64,000 nucleotides of DNA from an uncultured delta proteobacterium (GTDB lineage: Bacteria; Desulfobacterota; Desulfuromonadia; Desulfuromonadales; BM103), in assembly GCA_963715335.1 (NCBI GenBank), contig CAVQRZ010000001.1, positions 64,001 through 128,000 on the forward strand, written 5' to 3'. Position numbers and translations under genes: made by a program. Positions 49,182-59,113 of the stretch are shown here, in pieces (the first letter of the stretch is position 1; the number at the start of each line of letters is the position of its first letter). The notes beneath the pieces were generated by a model. It was not told where the DNA came from, ran no database searches, and saw only the letters and a program-made list of their open reading frames with translations.

Positions 49182-51662
49182 CTACTTGGTCACTTTGACC
49201 GGGATGACCGCTTCGCCCTTGTAGAGACGATTCACCTGCGCCTCGCCAAAGTGGTAGGGGGCAAAAACGACCCCCTTCGGCAGACGGTTGCCAACTTTCA
49301 CCTTCAGCTTCAGTTCTGCGCCGTTGCCGCTCACCTTGACCAGGTCACCGTCCGCAACCTTGAGTTCGGCAGCATCGTCGCGACAGAGTTCCACGTAAGC
49401 TTCGGACAGGACCGCCATTGGGCCCTTGGCCCGGGTGGAGACCGTACCGCTATGGTACAGCGCGCTGCCGGTGACCAGCTTGAAGTCTCCATCGGCGGCG
49501 ACACCGCCAGCGACCGCAACCAGTTTACGGCTGGCCGGCTGCAGGGTCTCACCACCCCAGACCGCTCCCTGGGGACCGATTTCGTTGTAATTGAATTCTG
49601 CGTAAGCCGGGACTTCCTTGCCAATTTCGGCAAAGATCGCTGCCGGACCGGTAAAGACCAGGCTGCTGCCCAGCTTGCCTGCCAGGGCAGTCAAAATCGC
49701 ACCGTCACTGCGGGCTTCACCGGGGCTCTTGATCCCGCGGCGAACTTTCTGGATCCGGCGCTCGGCATTCGTGAAAGTACCATCCTTCTCGGCGAACGAC
49801 GCTGCAGGGAAAACCACGTCTGCCTGTTCGGCGGTCGGCGAGAGGAACAGGTCCTGAACGACCAGGAACGGTACTTGCTCAAGAGCCTTGGCGATGCTGT
49901 CACGGTCCGGGTAGCTGCTCAACGGATCTTCGGCGACCACGTACAGCGCATCCAGCTTGCCGTCGGCGGCTGCGGCCAGCATCGCCCGGGCGCCCAGCCC
50001 TTTGCCTTGCGGCAGAACCCCGAGGTCGATAGCACCCTGGCTGTTGGCTTTCTCGCCGCAGAGATACAGGCCGCTGCCTGTTCTGCCGGCAATTCCGGTC
50101 AGCAACGCCAGATTGGCGGCTGCGGTTGCCAGTTCCTTGTTCAGGCCCTGGTAGGGCAAACCGTACGCCAGCAGGATGGCGGCATTACCGGCGCCGGCCA
50201 GCTGCCTGGCCGCAGCCTGCAGCGCCGCTGCGTCAACACCGGTCCGCTTGGCAACCTTGGCAGGAGTAAAATCGGCAAGAGCAGCCTTCAACTCCTTGAG
50301 ACCATCAACACCGTCTGTTTTGGCCAGGTCTTCATCAAGCAGAACCCTGCACATCGCGTTGATAACATCCAGTTCCAGGCCGGGCTGGCTCAAAAGAGTT
50401 TTCGCTCTCGGCAATTTGCTCAGTTTGCCTTTCTTGTCGGCAACGACCAGAAGCTGTGCTTCGTTGCGGCGAATCGCCTGGTTGACCACCATGCCGACCA
50501 CCGGATGGGTTTCGTAGAAATCTGAGCGGATCGCCAGAATGACATTCGCCTTCTCGATCTGCGGGAAGGTCCCCGTGGAGGCCGCGACACCGAGGGTCTC
50601 CTTGAGGCCTTCTGTGACGCCCTTGTAACACTCGCCACCCGAGTTATCGAGGTTCTCAGTGCCAAGGGTTTTGGCAACCTGCTTGAGCAGGAAAAGTTCT
50701 TCGTTGGTCAGGCGGGCACCGGCAAGGATCCCCGCGCCTTGTCCCTGCTGCGCCTTGGCCAGGCCGTCAGCGGCAACCCGCAGGGCTTCATCCCACTCGA
50801 CCTCGACCAGCTGGCCGTCTTTGCGTACCAGAGGCTTGGTCAGGCGGTTTTCATGGTTGACATAGGAATAACCGAAACGTCCGCGAATACAGAGGTTGCC
50901 GTCATTGACACCAATCTCATCGTTGAAGCGGATGGTTTCGACCTTATTGTCCTTGACGCCAAGGGTCACTGTGCAGCCGTTGCCGCAGTAACCACAGACG
51001 GAATCGACCTCCTTGATCTGCCATGGCCGCGCCTTGAACTTGAACGGCCGCGGCAGGATCGCCCCGACCGGACACAATGACACGCACTGGCCGCAGAATT
51101 CGCAGCTCAGGCCACGGTCATATGCAGTAGCGATCTTGGTTTCAAATCCGCGGTTGATGAACGAGTAGGAGCCGTACCCGACCACTTCATCGCAGACCCG
51201 GACACAGCGCCCGCAGAGTACGCAGCGGTTCATGTTGCGTTCGATCAGGGGGTTAACCTCGTCGGTCGGCAGGTCAAACTTTTCACCTTCGAAACGATTG
51301 CTGGTCGAACCGAACTCGTAGGCCAAATCCTGCAGGTCGCATTCGCCGCCCTTGTCGCAGACCGGGCAGTCGAGTACGTGGTTCACCAGCAGGAATTCCA
51401 TGACCGTCTTGCGAACTTTCTCAATCTCAGCAGATGTGGTCGTTACAACCATCCCTTCGCTGACCGGCGTGGTACAGGCGGGGATGAGGCGGCCCTTCAT
51501 CTGCTCGACCTGCACCAGGCAGAACCGGCAGGCGCCGTAGGGCATCAGCTTCTTGGCGTAGCAGAGCACCGGGATTTTGATCCCGATTTCCATGGCCGCT
51601 TCGTAGATTGTGGCCGTCTTGCTGACTGTGACCTGTGTACCGTCGATTGTCAGGTTAACCAT
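49182..51662 (-). CDS. nuoG: NADH-quinone oxidoreductase subunit G
   Basis: GACRFC, NHVLDCPVCDKGGECDLQD, CVLCGRC, CEFCGQC..CP, CGYCGNGC. Confidence 0.95.
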   Translation of the reverse strand: MVNLTIDGTQVTVSKTATIYEAAMEIGIKIPVLCYAKKLMPYGACRFCLVQVEQMKGRLIPACTTPVSEGMVVTTTSAEIEKVRKTVMEFLLVNHVLDCPVCDKGGECDLQDLAYEFGSTSNRFEGEKFDLPTDEVNPLIERNMNRCVLCGRCVRVCDEVVGYGSYSFINRGFETKIATAYDRGLSCEFCGQCVSLCPVGAILPRPFKFKARPWQIKEVDSVCGYCGNGCTVTLGVKDNKVETIRFNDEIGVNDGNLCIRGRFGYSYVNHENRLTKPLVRKDGQLVEVEWDEALRVAADGLAKAQQGQGAGILAGARLTNEELFLLKQVAKTLGTENLDNSGGECYKGVTEGLKETLGVAASTGTFPQIEKANVILAIRSDFYETHPVVGMVVNQAIRRNEAQLLVVADKKGKLSKLPRAKTLLSQPGLELDVINAMCRVLLDEDLAKTDGVDGLKELKAALADFTPAKVAKRTGVDAAALQAAARQLAGAGNAAILLAYGLPYQGLNKELATAAANLALLTGIAGRTGSGLYLCGEKANSQGAIDLGVLPQGKGLGARAMLAAAADGKLDALYVVAEDPLSSYPDRDSIAKALEQVPFLVVQDLFLSPTAEQADVVFPAASFAEKDGTFTNAERRIQKVRRGIKSPGEARSDGAILTALAGKLGSSLVFTGPAAIFAEIGKEVPAYAEFNYNEIGPQGAVWGGETLQPASRKLVAVAGGVAADGDFKLVTGSALYHSGTVSTRAKGPMAVLSEAYVELCRDDAAELKVADGDLVKVSGNGAELKLKVKVGNRLPKGVVFAPYHFGEAQVNRLYKGEAVIPVKVTK

Positions 51663-51699
51663 CGTGTCCTCGTATCGTCAGTGAATAACTTGGTAAGTA

Positions 51700-53481
51700 C
51701 TAGTCAATTGCCATAAAACGGCAGGCGTCGTAACAGGAAGTACACTCGGTGCACGCCTCGCGATCGATAACGGCAACCTGGCCCTTCTCCCAGGCGATGC
51801 AGTCTACCGGGCAGACCTTCGGGCAGATGCCGCACTTCTTGCATTTCTCTTCGATAACCCTGAAATGCAGCAGTGGCTTGCAGCTGTGCGACGGGCACTC
51901 CTGCTCCTTGATGTGCGTCTCATACTCATGGCGGAAATAACGGATCGTCGAGAGAACCGGATTCGGCGCCGTCTGGCCGAGACCGCAAAGGGAACTCTTC
52001 TTGATATCGTAGGCCATGTCTTCGAGCAGCTCTATGTCACCTTCCCGGCCCTTGCCCTGCGTGATCCGCTCGAGAATTTCGAGCATGATCTTCAGGCCGA
52101 TCCGACAGGGAATACATTTGCCGCATGATTCCACGCGGGTGAAGTTGAGGAAGAAGCGGGCGATATCGACCATGCAGGTCGTCTCGTCCATGACCACCAG
52201 ACCACCTGAGCCCATCATGGCGCCGGCCTTGATCAGGGAGTCGTAATCGACCTCGGCATCCAGAGCTTCTGCCGGCAGACAACCCCCCGACGGGCCACCG
52301 GCCTGAACAGCCTTGAACTTGCGGTTGTTGAGGATGCCGCCACAGACGTCGTAGATGACTTCCTTCATGGTGGTGCCGGCAGGGACTTCGACCAGGCCGG
52401 TGTGCTTGACCTTGCCGGTCAGGGCAAAGATCTTGGTGCCCTTGGTCCCCTCGGTGCCGATGCTTGAGAACCAGTCGGCGCCGTTATAGAAGATGTAGGA
52501 AACGTTGGCGAACGTCTCAACGTTGTTGATGTTGGTCGGCTTGGCCCAGAGACCGCGCACCGCCGGAAACGGTGGACGGGGACGGGACATGCCGCGCTCA
52601 CCCTCAATCGAAGCCATCAGCGCAGTTTCTTCACCGCAGACGAAAGCGCCGGCGCCGGCCTTGATCCGTACATCAAACTTGAAACCGAGGCCCATGCAGT
52701 TGTCACCGAGGATGCCCTTTTCATGGCAGGTATCGATGGCTTTCTGCAGGCGCTTGATGGCCAGCGGGTATTCAGCGCGGCAGTAAACGTAACCGAAGTC
52801 GCAGCCGATCGCGTAGGCGGCGATCATCATCCCCTCGATAACCCCGTAGGGATCGCCTTCGAGGACTGAACGGTCCATGAAGGCCCCTGGGTCGCCCTCG
52901 TCAGCATTGCAGATCAGGTATTTGTGGTCACCCGGAGTTGCCTTGCAGAAAGACCACTTGACCCCCGTCGGGAAACCACCGCCACCACGGCCACGCAGAC
53001 CGGACTTCTTGACTTCCTCGATAACTTCCTCGGGAGTCATGGTCACTGCCTTTTTGATCCCCGTAAACCCCTTGTGCGCCAGGAAATCGTCTAGGCTCTC
53101 CGCGTCGATGGTGCCGCAGCGGGAGAAGATGATGCGCTGTTGTTTTTCCAGGAACTGGTTGTAGTACTTACCGGCGACCTTCTTTTCGACGGCCTCGTTC
53201 TTGAGCATGTGCTCTTCAACGATCTGCGGCACCAGATCAGCGGTGACGAAGTCGTAGGTCACAGCTTCCTGACCGGGCAGGATGACGTCAACCAACACGT
53301 CATTGGCACACAGTCCGCGGCAACCGGTCTTTTTGATATCGCAGCGCTTGCCGATCTTGGCCTCGACACCCTGCTTCGCGAATTCTGACTCAAAGGCGTC
53401 GATGACGCTCTGGGCTCCGGATGCGAAGCCACCGGTTCCGGTACAGATAAGTACTTGGATATTTTCAGCTGTTTCGGCCAT
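51700..53481 (-). CDS. nuoF: NADH-quinone oxidoreductase subunit F, extended HydB-like form
   Basis: GRGGGGFPTG, NADEGDPG, CGEETAL, ESCGKCIPCR; extra N-terminal and C-terminal Fe-S domains. Confidence 0.95.
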   Translation of the reverse strand: MAETAENIQVLICTGTGGFASGAQSVIDAFESEFAKQGVEAKIGKRCDIKKTGCRGLCANDVLVDVILPGQEAVTYDFVTADLVPQIVEEHMLKNEAVEKKVAGKYYNQFLEKQQRIIFSRCGTIDAESLDDFLAHKGFTGIKKAVTMTPEEVIEEVKKSGLRGRGGGGFPTGVKWSFCKATPGDHKYLICNADEGDPGAFMDRSVLEGDPYGVIEGMMIAAYAIGCDFGYVYCRAEYPLAIKRLQKAIDTCHEKGILGDNCMGLGFKFDVRIKAGAGAFVCGEETALMASIEGERGMSRPRPPFPAVRGLWAKPTNINNVETFANVSYIFYNGADWFSSIGTEGTKGTKIFALTGKVKHTGLVEVPAGTTMKEVIYDVCGGILNNRKFKAVQAGGPSGGCLPAEALDAEVDYDSLIKAGAMMGSGGLVVMDETTCMVDIARFFLNFTRVESCGKCIPCRIGLKIMLEILERITQGKGREGDIELLEDMAYDIKKSSLCGLGQTAPNPVLSTIRYFRHEYETHIKEQECPSHSCKPLLHFRVIEEKCKKCGICPKVCPVDCIAWEKGQVAVIDREACTECTSCYDACRFMAID

Positions 53482-53499
53482 AAAATCCTCGATCAGTTA

Positions 53500-54000
53500 T
53501 CAATCCATCTGCTGGTATTTTTTAATGACTTCGTCCGTCTTCTGGACGGTCAATGAACCATAGGTCGCGTCGCCGACCATGATGACCGGCGCCATCCCGC
53601 AGGCACCTATGCAAGCCACGTATTCGGCGGTAAACTTGAGATCTTCTGTGGTTTCGGCATGCCCGACGCCCAGTCGCTCCTTGATGACATCGGCGATCCG
53701 GCCAGCACCCTTGACGTGACAGGCGGTTCCCATGCAGACGCGGATGATATACTTGCCGCGCGGCTCGAGGTGGAACTGCGCATAAAAGGTCAGCACGCCA
53801 TAAATCTGGCTTGCGTAGATATTCAGGCGCTCGGCGGTAAGATGTACCGTCGGCTCGGGGATGAAGCCGTAGAACTCCTGAATCTCTTGCAGCGCCGGCA
53901 TCAGGGCGCCAGGGAAATCGACATACTTGTCGAGAATCTGGTTCGCTCCGGTCAGGTCGACGTCCTGTTCTTCCACTGTCGTTTCGACTGCTTCACTCAT
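53500..54000 (-). CDS. nuoE: NADH-quinone oxidoreductase subunit E
   Basis: TFY, CMGTACH, CIGACGMAP. Confidence 0.95.
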   Translation of the reverse strand: MSEAVETTVEEQDVDLTGANQILDKYVDFPGALMPALQEIQEFYGFIPEPTVHLTAERLNIYASQIYGVLTFYAQFHLEPRGKYIIRVCMGTACHVKGAGRIADVIKERLGVGHAETTEDLKFTAEYVACIGACGMAPVIMVGDATYGSLTVQKTDEVIKKYQQMD

Positions 54001-54027
54001 AAGCTGATTCCCTATCCTCGCGACAGA

Positions 54028-55206
54028 TTAGCGGTCGATCTCACCCAGAACGATATCGAGTGTACCGATAACCGCGACAACGTCTGCGATCATCGACCCT
54101 TCGACCATCTTGGGCAAGGCCTGGAGGTTAATGAATGAGGCCGGGCGAATCTTCATGCGATACGGCCGGGCCGATCCGTCGGAAACCAGGTAAAAGCCGA
54201 CTTCGCCTTTGGGGTTTTCGACACCGACATAAACTTCACCAGCATCGGGCTTGAACCCTTCAGTGATAATCTTGAAGTGGTGGATCAGGCCTTCGATGGA
54301 GTTGACGGCAGCCTGCTTGGGCGGCAGGACGACTTTCGGTACGTCAGCCAGGATCGGACCGGGCTTGAGCTTGTCCAACGCCTGGTGGATCAGCTTGCAG
54401 GACTCGCGCATTTCCTTGAGCCGGCAATGGTAACGGGCCCAGGTATCGCAGCCGTCATCAACAATGACTTTGAAATCGTAGTTCTCGTAACCCGAGTAGG
54501 GCTGGTCGCGACGCAGGTCCCAATCCACGCCCGAGGCGCGCAGGCAGGGGCCGGTAACACCCAGGTCGATGGCATCTTCAGCGCTGAGCATGCCAACCCC
54601 CATGATCCGCTTCTGCCAGATCTTGTTGCCGGTCAACAGCCCTTCGTAGGTGTTGATATGCCCAGGCATGGTGTTGACGAAATCGCGAATTTCCTTCTCC
54701 AGACCGGCGGGAAGATCGGCCGAGAGGCCACCAACACGGAAATAGTTGGAGGTCATGCGGGCACCGGAGATCTTCTCGTAGATGTCCATGATGTGTTCAC
54801 GCTCGCGGAAGCAGTAGATGAACACGGTCATGGCGCCGATATCGAGAGCGTGACACGCCAGCCACACCAGGTGGCTCTTGAGTCGTGTCAACTCGGCAAG
54901 CAGAACACGCACCACCTGGGCACGCTCGGGAATCTCACCGGTGATCCCGAGCAGCTTCTCCACGGCCAGCACGTAGCCGAGATTGTTGTGCATGGGAGCC
55001 AGGTAGTCGAGCCGGTCAGTCAACGGCAGGATCTGGTGATAGGTTCTGTGTTCGGAAAGCTTCTCAATGCCACGGTGCAAATACCCGATGTGAGGGGTCG
55101 CCTTGCGAACAATTTCGCCGTCCAGCTCCAGAACCAGCCGCAACACCCCATGCGTCGAAGGATGCTGGGGGCCCATGTTGATGGTCATGGTTTCAAAATT
55201 CGCCAT
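54028..55206 (-). CDS. nuoD: NADH-quinone oxidoreductase subunit D
   Basis: GPQHPSTHGVLR, HRGIEK, DRLDY, GEIDR. Confidence 0.97.
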   Translation of the reverse strand: MANFETMTINMGPQHPSTHGVLRLVLELDGEIVRKATPHIGYLHRGIEKLSEHRTYHQILPLTDRLDYLAPMHNNLGYVLAVEKLLGITGEIPERAQVVRVLLAELTRLKSHLVWLACHALDIGAMTVFIYCFREREHIMDIYEKISGARMTSNYFRVGGLSADLPAGLEKEIRDFVNTMPGHINTYEGLLTGNKIWQKRIMGVGMLSAEDAIDLGVTGPCLRASGVDWDLRRDQPYSGYENYDFKVIVDDGCDTWARYHCRLKEMRESCKLIHQALDKLKPGPILADVPKVVLPPKQAAVNSIEGLIHHFKIITEGFKPDAGEVYVGVENPKGEVGFYLVSDGSARPYRMKIRPASFINLQALPKMVEGSMIADVVAVIGTLDIVLGEIDR

Positions 55207-55261
55207 ATTTCTGCCTCGTCTATGTTCAGGAGATACTTGAATTTGTAAAAATCAGGGTTCT

Positions 55262-55741
55262 TTATTCCAGCCGATCCTGGTAAGGCTCGCGGTCGGGGCC
55301 CTGCACCGGATAATCCTTGCGCAACGGGTGGCCTACCCAGTCGTCGGGCATCAGGATCCGCCGCGGGTCAGGATGGTTGTTGAAGGTAATCCCCATCAGG
55401 TCCCAGGTCTCGCGCTCCTGCCAGTTCGCCGTCGCCCAGACCCCACTCACGGTATCAATCCGGGCATCGTTCTCTTCAACCGGAGCCTTGATGCGCAAAC
55501 GGGTGTGTTCGCCGATGTTATAGAGCTGGTAGACCACCATGAAGCGAGGGGCCCGCCCCATGTAATCGACACCGCAGAGATCGGTCAGGAAGTTAAAACC
55601 AAGACCTTCCTTCAGGAAAGCGCAAACAGCGACAATATCCTCTTTCTTGACAACCACGGTGGTCTCGTCACGAAATTCGATGACTTCGAGCACCGTATCG
55701 CCGAACTTGTCCTTCAGTTTGTCAGCAGCCTGTAAACTCAT
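55262..55741 (-). CDS. nuoC: NADH-quinone oxidoreductase subunit C
   Basis: WQERETWDLMG, RRIL, GHPLRKDYP. Confidence 0.96.
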   Translation of the reverse strand: MSLQAADKLKDKFGDTVLEVIEFRDETTVVVKKEDIVAVCAFLKEGLGFNFLTDLCGVDYMGRAPRFMVVYQLYNIGEHTRLRIKAPVEENDARIDTVSGVWATANWQERETWDLMGITFNNHPDPRRILMPDDWVGHPLRKDYPVQGPDREPYQDRLE

Positions 55742-55784
55742 AAGGTTGTGTCCTGTCTATCTGGGTTAAAGTTGTTGATCGCGA

Positions 55785-56291
55785 TCAACCGTTAATCCGC
55801 TCACCAACGCCGATGCTGGCGCCGAAGGAATTCTTCTCCTTCATGATCTTTTCCTGCAGCTTCATGAGGCCGTACAACAGGCCTTCCGGGCGAGGCGGGC
55901 AGCCGGGGATGTAAACGTCAACCGGCAGCGACTCATCAATCCCCTGGACTGTACTGTAGGTATCGAAGATCCCCCCCGAGCACGCACAGGCACCCATGGC
56001 GATCACGTAACGCGGTTCCGGCATCTGCTCGTAAACCGTCTCGATAACCGGCAGCATCTTCTTGGTTACGGTTCCGGCGATAACGATCAGGTCGGCCTGC
56101 CGCGGTGACGCGCGGAAAAGCACCCCAAAACGGTCCAGGTCAAAACGGGCGGCACCGGTCGCCATCATCTCAATAGCGCAGCAGGCGAGGCCGAAAGTCA
56201 GCGGCCAGAGAGACTTAGAGCGAGACCAGTTGACGACCTTGTCAAGCGACGTGGTAATAATGTTATTACCCAGAGTTTCCTCTACTCCCAT
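55785..56291 (-). CDS. nuoB: NADH-quinone oxidoreductase subunit B
   Basis: [28 protein letters not shown]; start ATG 56291. Confidence 0.96.
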   Translation of the reverse strand: MGVEETLGNNIITTSLDKVVNWSRSKSLWPLTFGLACCAIEMMATGAARFDLDRFGVLFRASPRQADLIVIAGTVTKKMLPVIETVYEQMPEPRYVIAMGACACSGGIFDTYSTVQGIDESLPVDVYIPGCPPRPEGLLYGLMKLQEKIMKEKNSFGASIGVGERING

Positions 56292-56638
56292 TCCAGAGCT
56301 CCTTTTTTCCAAACGTATGCGTAACCGACGAGAAGAATCAGAATAAAGACCCCCATCTCGATAAAACCGAACAGGCCGAGACTCTTGAACATGACGGCCC
56401 AGGGGTACATGAATACCACTTCGATATCGAAAACGATAAAGAGCATGGCGATGATGTAGAACTTGATGGAGAACCGATCACGGGCCGAACCGACGGGCGG
56501 CATGCCGCACTCGTATGGAGCCAGTTTAACCGCTGACGGCTTTTTTTCGCCGACCAGTCGGGACAGAATGGCCGCTCCGAACGAGAAACAGATTGCGATG
56601 ATGATCAGGGTGAGAATCGGTAGATATCTATCCAGCAT
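56282..56638 (-). CDS. nuoA: NADH-quinone oxidoreductase subunit A
   Basis: [17 protein letters not shown]; start ATG 56638 after AGGAGG. Confidence 0.96.
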   Translation of the reverse strand: MLDRYLPILTLIIIAICFSFGAAILSRLVGEKKPSAVKLAPYECGMPPVGSARDRFSIKFYIIAMLFIVFDIEVVFMYPWAVMFKSLGLFGFIEMGVFILILLVGYAYVWKKGALEWE

Positions 56639-56715
56639 TGATAGGGTCCTCCTGCCAGGTGAGTGCAAAATTTCAATGGCCGCAACTATAGCGAAACGGC
56701 ATTTTGGCCGACTGC

Positions 56716-56767
56716 AAGTTAGGATAAATACGGGTCTTTGTCAAGCGAAAAATACAGTATACTGTAT
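56716..56767 (-). promoter_or_regulatory. nuo promoter with a perfect 16-bp palindrome
   Basis: TTGACA(56739-56744)-N17-TAACTT(56716-56721); ATACAGTATACTGTAT at 56752-56767. Confidence 0.72.
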
Positions 56768-56925
56768 GCAATCCAGAGGCCTGCAAACGCCCATCTTTCG
56801 GTGCTTTATGATTATTTTAGTCAGGAACTTAAAAAGACAAAAAAGCTGCGGGAATTAGCTGTCTTAGAGCAGATTAATCCCCTGTTCGGACATCCGGGAG
56901 AAAGGCTTAAGAGCGGGGCGATCAT

Positions 56926-57519
56926 TCAGTTGCGACGTGCGTCAAACTTGTTCATTGCTGCCAGCAAAAGACCCATGGCAATAAATGCGCCGGGGGGCAG
57001 GATCATCAATAACAGCGGCTGGTAACCCGGCCCGAATACGGCATACCCGAGCAAGGCGCCCGATCCGAGGAGTTCGCGGACCGAACCGAGGACAAACAGC
57101 GCGAGTGTGAAGCCGAGTCCCATACCCACCCCGTCGACGACCGCAGGGGCCAGCCGGTTCTTCGAGGCAAAAGCTTCGGCGCGACCGAGAATCAGGCAGT
57201 TCACGACAATCAGAGGGATAAAAATCCCCAGCGCCTTGTACAGATCATAAAAGTAGGCTTCCATGCACAGCTGTACAACGGTGACAAAGGAGGCGATTAC
57301 TACGATAAAGGACGGAATCCGCACTTTTGCCGGGATAACGTTGCGCAAAGACGACACCACGATGTTTGAACAGACCAGGACGAATGTCGTAGCCAGCCCC
57401 ATACCAAGACCATTTTCGGCACTGGTGGTGACCGCCAGCGCCGGACAGAGACCGAGCAGCAGGCGGAACACGGCATTGTGCCGCCAGAGACCTTTACGAA
57501 ATTCCTGGCCGATGGTCAT
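56926..57519 (-). CDS. rnfE: Rnf complex subunit E
   Basis: LGLCPALAVT, VRIP, PLIVVNC, GRAEAFA, PPGAF. Confidence 0.95.
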   Translation of the reverse strand: MTIGQEFRKGLWRHNAVFRLLLGLCPALAVTTSAENGLGMGLATTFVLVCSNIVVSSLRNVIPAKVRIPSFIVVIASFVTVVQLCMEAYFYDLYKALGIFIPLIVVNCLILGRAEAFASKNRLAPAVVDGVGMGLGFTLALFVLGSVRELLGSGALLGYAVFGPGYQPLLLMILPPGAFIAMGLLLAAMNKFDARRN

Positions 57520-58124
57520 GGCTTGCCTCCCCGGTTTTCAGCAAGAGCTGCGTCACGATGATCACGATAGAACTCCAACCCCTTGCGCACGGCACCGACC
57601 ACGGCCCGGGGCGAGATGGTCGCGCCGGTGATCTGATCAAACCCGCCACCATCCTTCTTGACCCGCCAGTCAGCATTGCCGAGGTTTTTGCCGGCGAAAT
57701 TCGCCTTGAATGACGGCAGGGCAATCTTGTCGCCCAGACCTGGGGTTTCAGCATGGCTGAGAATCTCAATCCCGGCAATCGTGCCATCCGGATCAATGCC
57801 GACCATAACCTCGATATTGCCGCTGTAGCCATCGGCCGCTACGACTTTGAATGCGACCCCGCTCAGCGCACCGTCCTGCCTGCCGCGGTAAAAAGTCCGC
57901 AGCATATCCCGGCCGCGCTTGTCCTTGCCCGTGACGAGTTGCACCGTGTCCTCGTCAGGCAGATTATTCGCTTGCGGCAGGACCGCCTGCAGGGCCCGCA
58001 GGGTTTCCAGGCGACGCTGCTCGGCAATCGGTTCACGGGTCACAGCCTCGACCAGGGAAAGGATCAGGCCGGCCCCGGCGGTAATCAGCGTCAGCACCAA
58101 AACCATGCGCGGCATACTGTTCAT
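57516..58124 (-). CDS. rnfG: Rnf complex subunit G
   Basis: GYSG.I, HAETPGLG, FMN-attachment motif ITGATIS. Confidence 0.95.
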   Translation of the reverse strand: MNSMPRMVLVLTLITAGAGLILSLVEAVTREPIAEQRRLETLRALQAVLPQANNLPDEDTVQLVTGKDKRGRDMLRTFYRGRQDGALSGVAFKVVAADGYSGNIEVMVGIDPDGTIAGIEILSHAETPGLGDKIALPSFKANFAGKNLGNADWRVKKDGGGFDQITGATISPRAVVGAVRKGLEFYRDHRDAALAENRGGKP

Positions 58125-59113
58125 ACCCCGCCCCCTTGCCGCAAGGTGCCGAAGGTTCTCGGTTTCGTATAACGGTCGATCAACGGGGTCGCGGCGTTCA
58201 TGAGGAGAATCGCAAACGAGACCCCTTCAGGATACCCGCCGAACAAACGAATCAGGACGGTCAGCACACCGCAGCCTATGCCGAACAACAGCATCCCCCG
58301 AGTCGAAACCGGCGTGGTCACCATGTCCGTAGCCATGTAGAAAGCCCCCAGGACCAGGCCGCCGGTCACCAGGTGAAAAACCGGACTAGGATACCTGGCC
58401 GGATCGATCAGCCAGAATATGCCGGAAAGCAGGACCACTGTGCCGACGTAGGTCGCCGGGATATGCCAGGTCAGAATCCGGCGATAAAGGAGATAGGCCG
58501 CGCCGAGCAGCAGGGCCAATGCCGACACCTCGCCGATACAGCCGGGCATATCCCCGAGAAAATAGCCGGCCATGCTGCCCTGCATCGCAGCGGGCATTTC
58601 GCCGGTGAGCATAACCGCATTCTTCCATTCACCCAGGGGCGTTGCAGTTGTCACCAGGTCGAGCCCGGAGCCCAGCGGGGCGGGCGCCGACCAGGTCGTC
58701 ATCTGCACCGGGAAAGAGATCAGCAGCACAACCCGGGCGACCAGAGCAGGGTTAAAAGGGTTCGAACCCAGGCCGCCATAAACCTGCTTGCCGATCGCTA
58801 TCGCAATCACCGCGCCGAGCAGGGTCAGCCACCACGGGCTGGTTGGCGGCAGGTTGAGAGCCAGCAGAACCCCGGTAATCGCGGCACTGCCATCAGCAAT
58901 CGTCACTGTCTGACCCATCAAGCGCTGACAGACAGCTTCAGTCGCCAGACAGCCGAGCGTTGCAATCAGCAGCACACCCAGGGCCGGTACACCAAAGAAG
59001 TAAACAGCCACGCCACAGGCCGGGGCCAGACTGTAGAGCACAGCACGCATGACCTTCGGGATGGTCTCGCCGGAATGCACATGCGGAGAAGATGACAGGT
59101 AGAGTTGACTCAC
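58121..59113 (-). CDS. rnfD: Rnf complex subunit D
   Basis: SSPH, GGLG.NPFNPA, TTATPL, FYMATD, YPEG. Confidence 0.95.
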   Translation of the reverse strand: MSQLYLSSSPHVHSGETIPKVMRAVLYSLAPACGVAVYFFGVPALGVLLIATLGCLATEAVCQRLMGQTVTIADGSAAITGVLLALNLPPTSPWWLTLLGAVIAIAIGKQVYGGLGSNPFNPALVARVVLLISFPVQMTTWSAPAPLGSGLDLVTTATPLGEWKNAVMLTGEMPAAMQGSMAGYFLGDMPGCIGEVSALALLLGAAYLLYRRILTWHIPATYVGTVVLLSGIFWLIDPARYPSPVFHLVTGGLVLGAFYMATDMVTTPVSTRGMLLFGIGCGVLTVLIRLFGGYPEGVSFAILLMNAATPLIDRYTKPRTFGTLRQGGGV

